DNA of 27,862 bases, from the IMG/VR virus record IMGVR_UViG_2561511241_000007, positions 1 to 27,862 of that record; one strand, given 5' to 3'. The position numbers and the translations under genes are program-made. This document shows, piece after piece, positions 10,262 to 18,712 of the stretch (positions within the stretch are counted from its first letter, which is position 1; each line of letters begins with the position of its first letter). This DNA is from a virus (lineage: Duplodnaviria > Heunggongvirae > Uroviricota > Caudoviricetes). Below the pieces are notes generated by a model. The model was not told the origin of the DNA and did not search any database. It saw only the letters and a program-made list of their open reading frames with translations.

Positions 10262-10643
10262 TGCCGCCTCCTCCACCCCGCAGGCGGGAGAACATACCGG
10301 ACACCAGCGATGCAATATCCTGCTGGTGGATGAACGAGAGAATCTTCACCGACACCACTGACACCAGCACTGCACACAGTGCGTCGACGGGTGCACCGTC
10401 AAACCCTGTATGCTTTACCAGCCAGGATGCCAGAACCTCTGCGCCCAGCACGCCGATAATGAACGACACCAGAAAATGCGCCGCCACACGCCAGGCTGAA
10501 AGTGCCTGCGGCATCGTTGCCACAAATAACGCCCCGGCGAACGCACCAAACACAATCCCGAAATCCGTTCCGGTAAACAGCCCGAATACTGTCGCTCCAC
10601 CGAGCGCCGCAGCCGTGCCGGAACCGGATAAGGGTTCAGACAT
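10251..10643 (-). CDS. putative holin
   Basis: 130-aa ORF with glycine-rich TM helices and a charged C-terminus; first gene of the lysis cluster. Confidence 0.6.
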   Translation of the reverse strand: MSEPLSGSGTAAALGGATVFGLFTGTDFGIVFGAFAGALFVATMPQALSAWRVAAHFLVSFIIGVLGAEVLASWLVKHTGFDGAPVDALCAVLVSVVSVKILSFIHQQDIASLVSGMFSRLRGGGGGNVK

Positions 10644-10733
10644 ACTTTTTCTCCTGTAAATAAAAAAGGGCCACCAGCGACCCGTAAAAACAACACCCCG
10701 TCAAAGGCACCCGCAGATGCCTTTTGTGTGGTG

Positions 10734-10886
10734 TTATTCAGATTTGCGCAGTAAAGGCAGGAGGACGACCAGCGCCATCGCCACCAGCACACCATCTGCC
10801 AGCACCGACATCAGTCGTCCGGTGAAATCCACCACCACTACCAGAAACAGCAGGATGGCAGCCAGTACAGGGCGCGCACTTTTCAC
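10734..10886 (-). CDS. small hydrophobic protein (GTG start overlapping the TerB stop)
   Basis: About 50 aa, almost entirely hydrophobic; GTGA start/stop overlap with the upstream TerB-like gene suggests translational coupling. Confidence 0.3.
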   Translation of the reverse strand: MKSARPVLAAILLFLVVVVDFTGRLMSVLADGVLVAMALVVLLPLLRKSE

Positions 10887-11308
10887 AGATACTGCTCCAG
10901 TGGAAGCTGAAGCGCCTGTGCAATTTTCTTGAGTTGCGCTTCTTCCTCCGGAGCAATGCCGTCCTGGTCTGCGATATCCAGACACAGGCACAGCACATTC
11001 ACTGCGTCATCGGTACCGGCAACATCAGCCAGCTGACGAAGGGCTTCGGCATTGGCAGAACGCGGTGACGCTTCATAACGGGCGCGGATATTTGCACTCA
11101 TTTGTGCAATCTCACCGGAGAACGGCGCAAAGGCAGGAAGCGCTGCAATGGTTTTCTCCAGCACTGCGATTTCTTTCGCATCACAGGTGCCGTCAGCAAA
11201 AGCAATGGAATACGCACCCCAGACGGTCGCCTCCACCGCATCGCGGTTCTCCATTTTCTTTACTTCAGTAATGGCCTTGCGGGTTTTCTTTTTGAAAATA
11301 CCAAACAT
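10883..11308 (-). CDS. TerB-domain protein (tellurite-resistance TerB family-like)
   Basis: 141-aa ORF with AAGGA Shine-Dalgarno; composition and pattern match TerB-like proteins. Confidence 0.6.
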   Translation of the reverse strand: MFGIFKKKTRKAITEVKKMENRDAVEATVWGAYSIAFADGTCDAKEIAVLEKTIAALPAFAPFSGEIAQMSANIRARYEASPRSANAEALRQLADVAGTDDAVNVLCLCLDIADQDGIAPEEEAQLKKIAQALQLPLEQYL

Positions 11309-11565
11309 CGTGACTTTTCCTTTTAGTGGGTGAGCCTGCGCCTGGGGGTGACCAGCCCACAGAGAAAGTCACACTGACCATCCCGTAAGCTCACCCCTGA
11401 AAGGCTCTGTGGTTTTTGATGTGCGCCGGGCGTGACGCAAAGAAATGAAATAAGACTTACCTGAAATTAAGGTTAATCTGAGGATTTAAACCATTTTTAA
11501 TGCTTAGTAATATAAATACGTCTCTCTGGAGGAGAGAGATGCTTATTCTTCTTCATGGACTTTGT

Positions 11566-11600
11566 CCCGCGGCTTTAATCCGACAGCCGCGCCCTTTTTT
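11566..11600 (+). terminator. rho-independent terminator (plus strand)
   Basis: Stem CGCGGC / GCCGCG followed by CCCTTTTTT. Confidence 0.5.
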
Positions 11601-11624
11601 CGCCAATATAAACCTGGTTGAACT

Positions 11625-11650
11625 CATACAAAAAGCTCGCCGAAGCGAGC
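11625..11650 (-). terminator. rho-independent terminator (minus strand)
   Basis: Stem GCTCGC-CGAA-GCGAGC followed on the minus strand by TTTTTGT. Confidence 0.55.
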
Positions 11651-11682
11651 CTGTTAAAAGTATATTTACCGTTACAAATGGA

Positions 11683-11765
11683 CCGTCACCGGGGACTCGA
11701 ACCCCGCACCACAAAACAACAATACGTGTTATGCACTCTTACCCGATGAGTTAGTGACGGTTTTG
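11683..11765 (-). other. tRNA-like element (possible pseudo-tRNA)
   Basis: Minus-strand sequence has a perfect 7-bp acceptor stem (CCGTCAC/GTGACGG), D-stem, canonical T-arm (CGGGG-TTCGAGT-CCCCG) and a 3' TCCA, but an aberrant ~30-nt anticodon/variable region. Confidence 0.4.
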
Positions 11766-11812
11766 TGTTATGTGGGAATCCAGCCTGACGACAGAATTAC
11801 TGGAACACCTTG

Positions 11813-11845
11813 CAAAAAAAAGCCAGCCACCAGAGACTGGCTGGC
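11813..11845 (-). terminator. rho-independent terminator (minus strand)
   Basis: Stem GCCAGCC / GGCTGGC with a 10-nt loop, followed on the minus strand by TTTTTTTT. Confidence 0.65.
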
Positions 11846-12016
11846 AAATTACAAAGTTTAAATGATTCATCATACAATCGTCGTTACAGGGGAATCCTGC
11901 GGTGCAGCAAGATACAAAAATGTAAGCAAACCAACAATAAGCAAGCACAGCATATTCGGAATTAGTTATAATTTTAACGATGCAGTGCTTATTCAGCATG
12001 CAATTCTGCAAATTAC

Positions 12017-12043
12017 CAAAAAAAACCGCCTGCTAAGGCGGTG
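12017..12043 (-). terminator. rho-independent terminator (minus strand), downstream of the tRNA array
   Basis: Stem ACCGCC / GGCGGT followed on the minus strand by TTTTTTTT. Confidence 0.65.
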
Positions 12044-12403
12044 GTCAAATCAGTAAGTGCTGAAGAGTATTATTATAATACAAGTGAGGTGTCGGGTGCC
12101 TCCCGAAATACCTGACATTCCATCAGATACTGTAGTTTCCCGGCTAAACTACTTAAACCACCCCGCACATGGAGTTCACCTCATTTTGTGATGTTAACAA
12201 CATCGGGATAGTGCATAATCAGCCCCTGCCAGGAAATATCAAAAATCCCACCAATAATGCACTATTCCGATAGCGTCAAAAAACACAGCACCGAAATCAT
12301 AACTGGTCTCCGTTATAATTCGGGAGAGCGATAAAGGATATACGAGACCTTTCCCCGCGAAAAAAACGCCAGTGCTGAAAAACCTATACCTCATTTGTTT
12401 TTC

Positions 12404-12478
<75 letters not shown>

Positions 12479-12481
12479 ATA

Positions 12482-12559
<78 letters not shown>

Positions 12560-12560
12560 C

Positions 12561-12637
12561 TGGACCGCCACCGAGGACTCGAACCTCGCACACTCAACTT
12601 AAAGGGTTAACACTCTTTCTTGGTGAACTGGTGGCGG
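12561..12637 (-). tRNA. tRNA-like gene, anticodon uncertain (UUU read in a loop with C33), possibly degenerate
   Basis: Perfect acceptor stem and canonical T-arm (CGAGG-TTCGAGT-CCTCG); D-arm lacks canonical features and position 33 is C. Confidence 0.45.
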
Positions 12638-12638
12638 T

Positions 12639-12714
12639 TGGTGGCCCTTGCTGGATTCGAACCAGCGACCTGGCGATTATGAGTCGCTCGCTCTCACCAC
12701 TGAGCTAAAGGGCC
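12639..12714 (-). tRNA. tRNA-Ile2 / Met (anticodon CAU), ileX/ileZ-like
   Basis: Canonical 76-nt cloverleaf with perfect acceptor and T stems; closely resembles E. coli ileX as recalled. Confidence 0.85.
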
Positions 12715-12740
12715 GGGCCGAAAATAATAATCAGATTAAA

Positions 12741-13454
12741 TCAAAAATCAAGCCCTTGCATAGATACATATCTGTCTGGCGGGAAGCCATAATAGCGGTG
12801 AAATACAGAGATAAAGTAGGATCTACTTGAATAACCGCATTTTTCTGCTACAGCCTGTCCATATCCATGCCGGGAGCATAACATATTTACAGCAACCCGC
12901 ATCCGTTCCTCAAGTAACAAATTACTGAACCTGAGACCTTCATCCTTGAGTTTTTTCTTTAACAAGCTCTCACTCATATGCAACTGTAGAGCAATCGCAC
13001 CAAGCGTCCAGCTTGCTGATATATCTGTTTGAATTATCGCTCTGACTTTGGCACTTATACTGGATAAACATCCACTTAAAAATAATAACATCCGTTCATC
13101 TGATTCAAACAACGACAGGCAGGCCATCATAAGAAACATGTCCGTGGTCTCTCCGGAAAGTCTCTGGCTGGTAATTAAAGCCACAGCCAACGCAGGATTG
13201 TTGGGTTCCTGCGACAAGTAAAGCGGAATGTCAGTCAGAGGAGTTCTTGTCAGCTTATGCTGACTTTCCAGATATTGACTTACTATAGAATGGTTTATAT
13301 CGACAATTTTAACTTTGCCATAATGCATAAGGAAAAGCTCCCTGATGCATTTGGTGGCCAAAACAACTGAGCCGGGCTTAAGTGACAACGTATCCTTTTC
13401 AAGAAAAATATTAATTGGGGAGCAAACCATGATAACTGAACAGACAACAGCCAT
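12741..13454 (-). CDS. AraC-family transcriptional regulator, AppY-like
   Basis: 237-aa ORF, AT-rich; C-terminal AraC HTH; N-terminus and overall pattern resemble DLP12 AppY as recalled. Confidence 0.75.
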   Translation of the reverse strand: MAVVCSVIMVCSPINIFLEKDTLSLKPGSVVLATKCIRELFLMHYGKVKIVDINHSIVSQYLESQHKLTRTPLTDIPLYLSQEPNNPALAVALITSQRLSGETTDMFLMMACLSLFESDERMLLFLSGCLSSISAKVRAIIQTDISASWTLGAIALQLHMSESLLKKKLKDEGLRFSNLLLEERMRVAVNMLCSRHGYGQAVAEKCGYSSRSYFISVFHRYYGFPPDRYVSMQGLDF

Positions 13455-13870
13455 TATAATTTTACTCTAATTAGCAAAAGGTTAGCTCAATTATATCCCA
13501 AAGAGGTAAATTCTCATCAACACATAAGCAAATGACTGGCTGGTGCCGCTAACACCCACAAGCCGCCCATTTACCACAAATAAAAAGGATAACCTGCCAT
13601 ACCCACCATCACAAGCCGGGTCCGTATTAACTGGCAGCGTTCGCGTGAAAGGTAAGTATTCTGCGCAATTCCCCGACTGTCGCCGGTTCGGTGATGCTTA
13701 ATTCATTAAATACCACTCTGGCGGTTTCGGCCATGTCCTACTGTTTTAGCATGCCTTTTCCCTGTTCTGGTTAACGTGACATACCAATAACTCTTGTCGA
13801 AAAAGCCAGCAAGCTGAAAGACCAGTATTCGCAACCACCAGCGTGTTTAATGTACCGCTTTTCGGGCATA

Positions 13871-13896
13871 AAAAAACCCGCTCGGAGGCGGGTTTT
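13871..13896. terminator. bidirectional rho-independent terminator (tR'-like for the minus-strand late transcript)
   Basis: Stem CCCGC-TCGGAG-GCGGG flanked by AAAAAAA upstream and TTTTAT downstream on the plus strand; about 50 nt downstream of the predicted late promoter. Confidence 0.6.
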
Positions 13897-13939
13897 ATAT
13901 TCTTTGCCATCGCGTACAAAATCAGCAAAATATCAAATA

Positions 13940-13975
13940 TGCACGAAATATATGCCTTTTAATCTACTTTTGCAA
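13940..13975 (-). promoter_or_regulatory. candidate late promoter (pR'-like) immediately downstream of Q
   Basis: Minus strand reads TTGCAA, 17-nt spacer, TATATT; placement between the Q stop and the terminator mirrors lambda pR'/tR'. Confidence 0.5.
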
Positions 13976-13979
13976 TACT

Positions 13980-14654
13980 TTACAGTGAAAATGCCGCCTT
14001 TTGTTTTGAACGTGTTCTCGTCACGAACAATAAAGCCTCACTATCCAGCCGATGAAAAGTGTGTTTCATTGCAACCCAGTGACCAGTAAATGTTTTGGAC
14101 CAGTTTTTAGTTGTCACTCCCGCCAGTAATGCCAGCTCCTGGTATTCATAACCTTCCCCACCAAAAAGTTCTGCTTTTACTGCCTGCGCCGCCAGCCAGA
14201 TTAATTTTTTCAGGCGTTCCTGCGTTTTCCCTGCAATTTTTCTGGTACCGGATTGAGTATTAAATTCATTCCACGCCCACTGTGTTATCGCGATCTGATA
14301 TTCCCAACAAATACTCCCGCTGTAACACCACAACAACCAGGCTTTATGATGTTCTTCAAGAGACAGAACAGCCCGCCGCCACGATGATGTCGAAAACTCA
14401 ACCGGACTGACCAGAGGAATTGACGTCCCCTTCGCCAGCGATTGCTTTCCCGGGATTGGTGGATAATCCCGCGTTATCATTTTTCCAGTCACTTCATCGC
14501 GGTACCGGATTTTTTTTCGCCTGTAACGCCCTGTATCGAACATGGCATTCTCTTGCCAGGCTTCAAGCTGACCTTTTGTTGCCCCACTCAAATCAGCGGT
14601 GGCGATAATGAGCTGCTCGCGCACAAACTGTAAATACTGGTTATTCATGCGCAC
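13980..14654 (-). CDS. late-gene antitermination protein Q
   Basis: 224-aa ORF directly upstream of the promoter/terminator pair and downstream of rusA, the canonical Q position. Confidence 0.65.
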   Translation of the reverse strand: MRMNNQYLQFVREQLIIATADLSGATKGQLEAWQENAMFDTGRYRRKKIRYRDEVTGKMITRDYPPIPGKQSLAKGTSIPLVSPVEFSTSSWRRAVLSLEEHHKAWLLWCYSGSICWEYQIAITQWAWNEFNTQSGTRKIAGKTQERLKKLIWLAAQAVKAELFGGEGYEYQELALLAGVTTKNWSKTFTGHWVAMKHTFHRLDSEALLFVTRTRSKQKAAFSL

Positions 14655-15010
14655 TCCAATTCTGTGATTTTTATCCCCAGCCGCCCACCAGGAACGAGCT
14701 GACCGCGCACAATATTGATTTCATCAAACTGCTCGTCGTCTATAAGTAGTCCGGCATGCGTCAGCGCATCCAGTGGTGCCTTCAGGATATTGTCCAGGTC
14801 GCGGCGGAGCTTATCCGGTGGCTCCGCAATAATCTTTATCGCCAGCCTTCCGGACAGGTTTAATTTCAACCGCTGCTGGCGAACAATTAGCGCCACATCA
14901 TGGCGATAACGCTTTCCGGCCTCCGAGATGAAATACGTATTGCCATGACGTCGCCAGTAGGTATTCACCGTCGGCGGGTAAGGTAAAACAAATTCTATGC
15001 GTTCAGTCAT
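14645..15010 (-). CDS. rusA: Holliday junction resolvase RusA
   Basis: 121-aa ORF with RusA motifs (PPTVNTYW, DLDNILKAPLDALTHAGLLIDDEQ). Confidence 0.85.
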   Translation of the reverse strand: MTERIEFVLPYPPTVNTYWRRHGNTYFISEAGKRYRHDVALIVRQQRLKLNLSGRLAIKIIAEPPDKLRRDLDNILKAPLDALTHAGLLIDDEQFDEINIVRGQLVPGGRLGIKITELECA

Positions 15011-16066
15011 TCATGCTTTCCACTTCAGGACACCCGAATTTCTCGCGTGCATTAAAAAACGAATCAGCAACAACAGCTGGCTGCCATGTTTTTCTTCAAA
15101 ATCTTTTACCCCGGCGTGCAGTTCGTTATGACATTTACGGCACAGCGGAATAACAAACAAATCGTCAGCCTTTGTTCCCATCCCTCCCAGTCCATGACCA
15201 ATGATGTGATGCGGATCATCTGCCTGATTACCGCACGTCATGCATTTCTGCGTTTTTACCCAGCGCGTGTATACAGGCATCTCTTCCCGTTGTGGTTTCT
15301 GGCGCTGGAGATACTGAGCCGGTGACTCCGGATCAACGGCAATGCTGACCACCGTCTTTTCCTGTGGCGGGTTTTGCTGGTGGGCGTGAGGCAGCGGCGC
15401 AAGATTTTTTGTGCGCTGTTTCAGTATGCTGGTGGCGGTCTGCTCTCCCGGTACGATGTCGCTTTCGCGGTACACCGAGTGGATTTTTTCCGCACGTAAC
15501 CCCAGAGAACGACGTAGTACTGCCTCCGGTAGCGCGTCTGCCACCTGATTGCAGACCGCCCACCAGGATAATTCAGCCAGCGATAATTCCCGCTCCTGTG
15601 TGCCATTCATTGCGTGACCGATGACGTCAATCATCCATGCTGACAGGTTTTGTTGTGCAAGTTGCCCGAGTGACTCTGATGTCTGGTCGCGCAGCTGGTT
15701 GTCACAGTGCCAGCACAATACCATCGCGCCAGTACCGTAACGATGTATGACGGTTTCACTGTGATGGTAGTCACCATGAGGCCACTGGCAGGATTTAATA
15801 TGACGCAGGAGCCAGTCAGACAATGCGCCTGCGCCGCCAGCAGCACGAATCACCCGTTCGTCGCTGAAAAATGGCAGTAATGATTTATCTTCCATCAGTG
15901 GCTGGCGAACGGCAGGAACAATCCCGGATGGCAGACCGCGCATGCTTTTCGGTTCCGGCTCCACCAGCACTCGAGGGTTATGAAATACCTGCATGGATTC
16001 ACGGACCGGCTTTAGCACCACCAGCCCAAGTTCCGGTACCGGAACAGGTCGAAGTAATACCCGCAC
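15011..16066 (-). CDS. DUF968-family protein (YdfU-like)
   Basis: 351-aa ORF; C-terminal Cys/His cluster characteristic of YdfU-like nin-region proteins. Confidence 0.75.
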   Translation of the reverse strand: MRVLLRPVPVPELGLVVLKPVRESMQVFHNPRVLVEPEPKSMRGLPSGIVPAVRQPLMEDKSLLPFFSDERVIRAAGGAGALSDWLLRHIKSCQWPHGDYHHSETVIHRYGTGAMVLCWHCDNQLRDQTSESLGQLAQQNLSAWMIDVIGHAMNGTQERELSLAELSWWAVCNQVADALPEAVLRRSLGLRAEKIHSVYRESDIVPGEQTATSILKQRTKNLAPLPHAHQQNPPQEKTVVSIAVDPESPAQYLQRQKPQREEMPVYTRWVKTQKCMTCGNQADDPHHIIGHGLGGMGTKADDLFVIPLCRKCHNELHAGVKDFEEKHGSQLLLLIRFLMHARNSGVLKWKA

Positions 16067-16067
16067 G

Positions 16068-16346
16068 TTACCTCCAGATCCGTTGCTGGAATGTGCGGGA
16101 CGGACGCGGTGGGCGTTCGGAGTAAGGAAGCCTGACGGAGATTATCCAGTGACGATAATCGAGGCTGAGGGCTTTCTTAATCTCGTATCCGTGTCTGCGG
16201 TAGCACTGAATTAGCCATTCAGCTTGTTCTTCAGTACATGGGGGATGCTGGTACCAATCAGATTTAAATGCGTGAGAGCGCCGCCCGTGCCTGCTGGCAA
16301 AGACGGCTGAATTATCAGAATTGTGTAATTTGGTATCGTGCGCCAT
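16068..16346 (-). CDS. hypothetical protein (rem-like position)
   Basis: 92-aa ORF starting after the hokD terminator; sits between hokD and the DUF968 gene as rem does in K-12 Qin. Confidence 0.4.
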   Translation of the reverse strand: MAHDTKLHNSDNSAVFASRHGRRSHAFKSDWYQHPPCTEEQAEWLIQCYRRHGYEIKKALSLDYRHWIISVRLPYSERPPRPSRTFQQRIWR

Positions 16347-16419
16347 CGGTTGTCTCTGCTGGCGCAGCAGGTGCCAGTTGTTCAGGCTGGCGTGCGAATT
16401 GTAAACCAGAATGCCAGGA

Positions 16420-16446
16420 AAAAACAAAACCCGCCGAAGCGGGTTA
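16420..16446 (-). terminator. rho-independent terminator (minus strand) downstream of hokD
   Basis: Stem CCCGC-CGAA-GCGGG followed on the minus strand by TTTTGTTTTTT. Confidence 0.6.
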
Positions 16447-16513
16447 AGTGCGGGTGCGTTGAGGATGCCTGACACATCAGAGGTGGCGAGGGATTTCTCC
16501 CCCGCCAGGTCTC

Positions 16514-16669
16514 TTACTCCTCAGGTTCGTAAGCTGTGAAGACAGCGACCTCCGTCTGGCCGGTTCGGATTCGTACCTCGCAGAGGTCTTTCCTCGTTAC
16601 CAGTGCCGTCACTATGACGGTTAAACAGATGACGATCAGGGCGATTAGCATCGCCTTTTGCTGCTTCAT
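16514..16669 (-). CDS. hokD: Hok/Gef-family small toxin (HokD/RelF-like)
   Basis: 51-aa product matches E. coli HokD as recalled; the frame is open a further 19 codons upstream to 16726. Confidence 0.9.
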   Translation of the reverse strand: MKQQKAMLIALIVICLTVIVTALVTRKDLCEVRIRTGQTEVAVFTAYEPEE

Positions 16670-17293
16670 AGCCTGCTTCTCCTTGCCTTTCGGCACGTAA
16701 GAGGCTAACCTAGATTTGCCGTTCATAGATTGAGCCTCAGATTAATGTTAAGCGTCTTGCAGGACGCGTAATGTTAACTGGGGCTTTTCTCTATCTGCCT
16801 TTGGTGTTCATGCCTGAGACAGATAGCCTCAAGCACCCGCAGCCATTCTACTTAACTCCCGTTACCTCGCCAATATGAAATCAGTCAGAAAGGCGATCCA
16901 TAAGAACAACAGCAAGGCAATAAATTGCCATTACAGCAGCAATAGCCAGCGCACATTTGAGAACCAGCACCACAACCTCCTGTATTGGACGTACACCAGT
17001 CCTGATAAATATGAGGCTGTCTCGTCAGTGATTCAATACAACTATTGGGTATAGTTTCTGTGATTTTGTTCTGTAGAAATGGAACACAACAACCAGTCAC
17101 CACCAGCACTTCTTTAAATACGCCAAGTCCGACGCAAGCTAACTTTCTAGTCCGCTTTGAGCGAAAAGCAGACTGTCACGCGTTGAAGTTAATTGTATTA
17201 CTTAGATAAACACTATCATTTTCCTGACGTTAAGTTGTATCTTTGATAGGATTAAAAAACGTATAGATAGCTTATGCTACTGAGGGAATAAAA

Positions 17294-18103
17294 ATGACGA
17301 AAATTAGTGAACGATGGAAGCACAATGGCATTACTGAAGGTTATTGCAATATTTGTGGGAAATATGGCTTGCTCACAAAAGATCATGTTCCTCCAAAGTG
17401 CGCCATAACCTTAGGCCCTGTTTTGCAGAAAACAGTTAGCGAATTTTTTGGTATTCAGGAACCAGTTAAACCATTAAATGCTAAAAATGGCTCTTATTTC
17501 AGAACCATTTGCAGCCACTGTAACAATAAGGTATTAGGTGGGCTCGATGTTGCAATTGAAAATGTAACAAAGTCCTTTAAAGAACAGTTAAGTCGATATA
17601 TGAATGGTATGAATGTATATCCATTCATTAGAATACCTTTTGATAGCATATCTTTCACTAAGGCTATGATTGGGCACGTGCTATCAGCAACTTCAGTTGA
17701 AGATTGTAAAAAAGAACCCGTAGATAGCCCCTTCTATACACCTTTAAAGGATTATGTTTTGGGTAAAAATTCAAGTTTTGAGGAAACTCATGATATTTAC
17801 TACTGGTTTTACCCACACAGAATGCACATATCCGCTCAAAGTGTAGCATTTATGAACGAAGGACATGTGGCATTTATTTGTGCTTTACATTTTTTCCCTA
17901 TCGGTTTTATTATCACAATGAAAAATGAAGGAACATACCCTGCCCACTCTACAAAATTAGAACTTGAAGATAAATTCCTTACATTTAATATGACCTCTAT
18001 AAATTATGAGTATACGACATTTCCATTTGTAAATCTTAAGGGAAACCAAATGTATGCGATAAGCAACGGTCATACTTGTGTGAGTTATCCAATAATTAAG
18101 TGA
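17294..18103 (+). CDS. HNH/zinc-finger nuclease-motif protein with an uncharacterised C-terminal domain (cargo gene)
   Basis: 269-aa ORF with a GAGGGA Shine-Dalgarno; N-terminal C-x2-C...DH...N...C-x-H-C-N pattern; much lower GC than neighbours; opposite strand to all flanking phage genes. Confidence 0.7.
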   Translation: MTKISERWKHNGITEGYCNICGKYGLLTKDHVPPKCAITLGPVLQKTVSEFFGIQEPVKPLNAKNGSYFRTICSHCNNKVLGGLDVAIENVTKSFKEQLSRYMNGMNVYPFIRIPFDSISFTKAMIGHVLSATSVEDCKKEPVDSPFYTPLKDYVLGKNSSFEETHDIYYWFYPHRMHISAQSVAFMNEGHVAFICALHFFPIGFIITMKNEGTYPAHSTKLELEDKFLTFNMTSINYEYTTFPFVNLKGNQMYAISNGHTCVSYPIIK

Positions 18104-18249
18104 CGGCTAAATCATACAATCTACGCATGTTCACTTTCTACATATACCATCTATAATGTCCGCTGTTGGCACAAAGCGGACAACCACGCTAGCTCTACCC
18201 TGTGCCACAAAATGTCAATTTGCATCTGAACTAATGCACTTTAATCTCG

Positions 18250-18672
18250 TCACTTCAATAAATACCGAACATCCCCCTGATAAAACGACAATATGCGCTG
18301 CATAACTTCACTCTTCCGGCACTCGCGACAGATTATGTTCTGACGCCTGTCGTAGCGACGTATTTCTCCGTCAGGTAATGACCAGATAAGGTCCGGATCA
18401 ACCGCAGATGGTTTCTTCAGCTTTGCCCTTGAGAGCTTTTTACGGGCATTTTGCCAGTCCTTACGCGCCTGTTCAGACGGGAATAACCCGTAACCAGAGT
18501 TGTATACATCGCCGCTGGCAACCAGCTCTCTTGCGAGAACGCTCATCAGATATCTTGTCGCACCTGTTTTGACTTCCAGTTGCCGTAACGTCTCACGCCC
18601 ACTCTGGCGTACGAGTTCAACAACCTGCCCTTTAATTTTTTCTCGCTCTTCTTGTGTAAAAACTTTTGCCAC
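18250..18672 (-). CDS. hypothetical protein
   Basis: 140-aa ORF immediately downstream of the O-like initiator, where a helicase loader would be expected; contains a CxxC pair. Confidence 0.45.
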   Translation of the reverse strand: MAKVFTQEEREKIKGQVVELVRQSGRETLRQLEVKTGATRYLMSVLARELVASGDVYNSGYGLFPSEQARKDWQNARKKLSRAKLKKPSAVDPDLIWSLPDGEIRRYDRRQNIICRECRKSEVMQRILSFYQGDVRYLLK

Positions 18673-18712
18673 AAGTCCTCCTGAAAATTACCTCATGACC
18701 AGAAATCAACAC

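Noticed and set aside
11500-11754. 84-aa plus-strand ORF
   Set aside because: It spans a plus-strand terminator, a minus-strand terminator and the tRNA-like element, so a protein-coding gene is implausible.
11751-12056. Overlapping small ORFs on both strands (86 aa and 64 aa) in the AT-rich spacer
   Set aside because: No ribosome-binding sites, the region contains two intrinsic terminators, and the ORFs overlap each other; treated as non-coding.
13746-13928. 60-aa minus-strand ORF
   Set aside because: It runs through the tR'-like terminator hairpin and the late promoter region; chance ORF in AT-rich DNA.
16885-17109. 74-aa Cys-rich minus-strand ORF (14 Cys) upstream of hokD
   Set aside because: The Cys richness comes from reading GCA/GCT-rich DNA in reverse; there is no Shine-Dalgarno and no recognisable fold. 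Most likely spurious, although it lies inside the cargo island.
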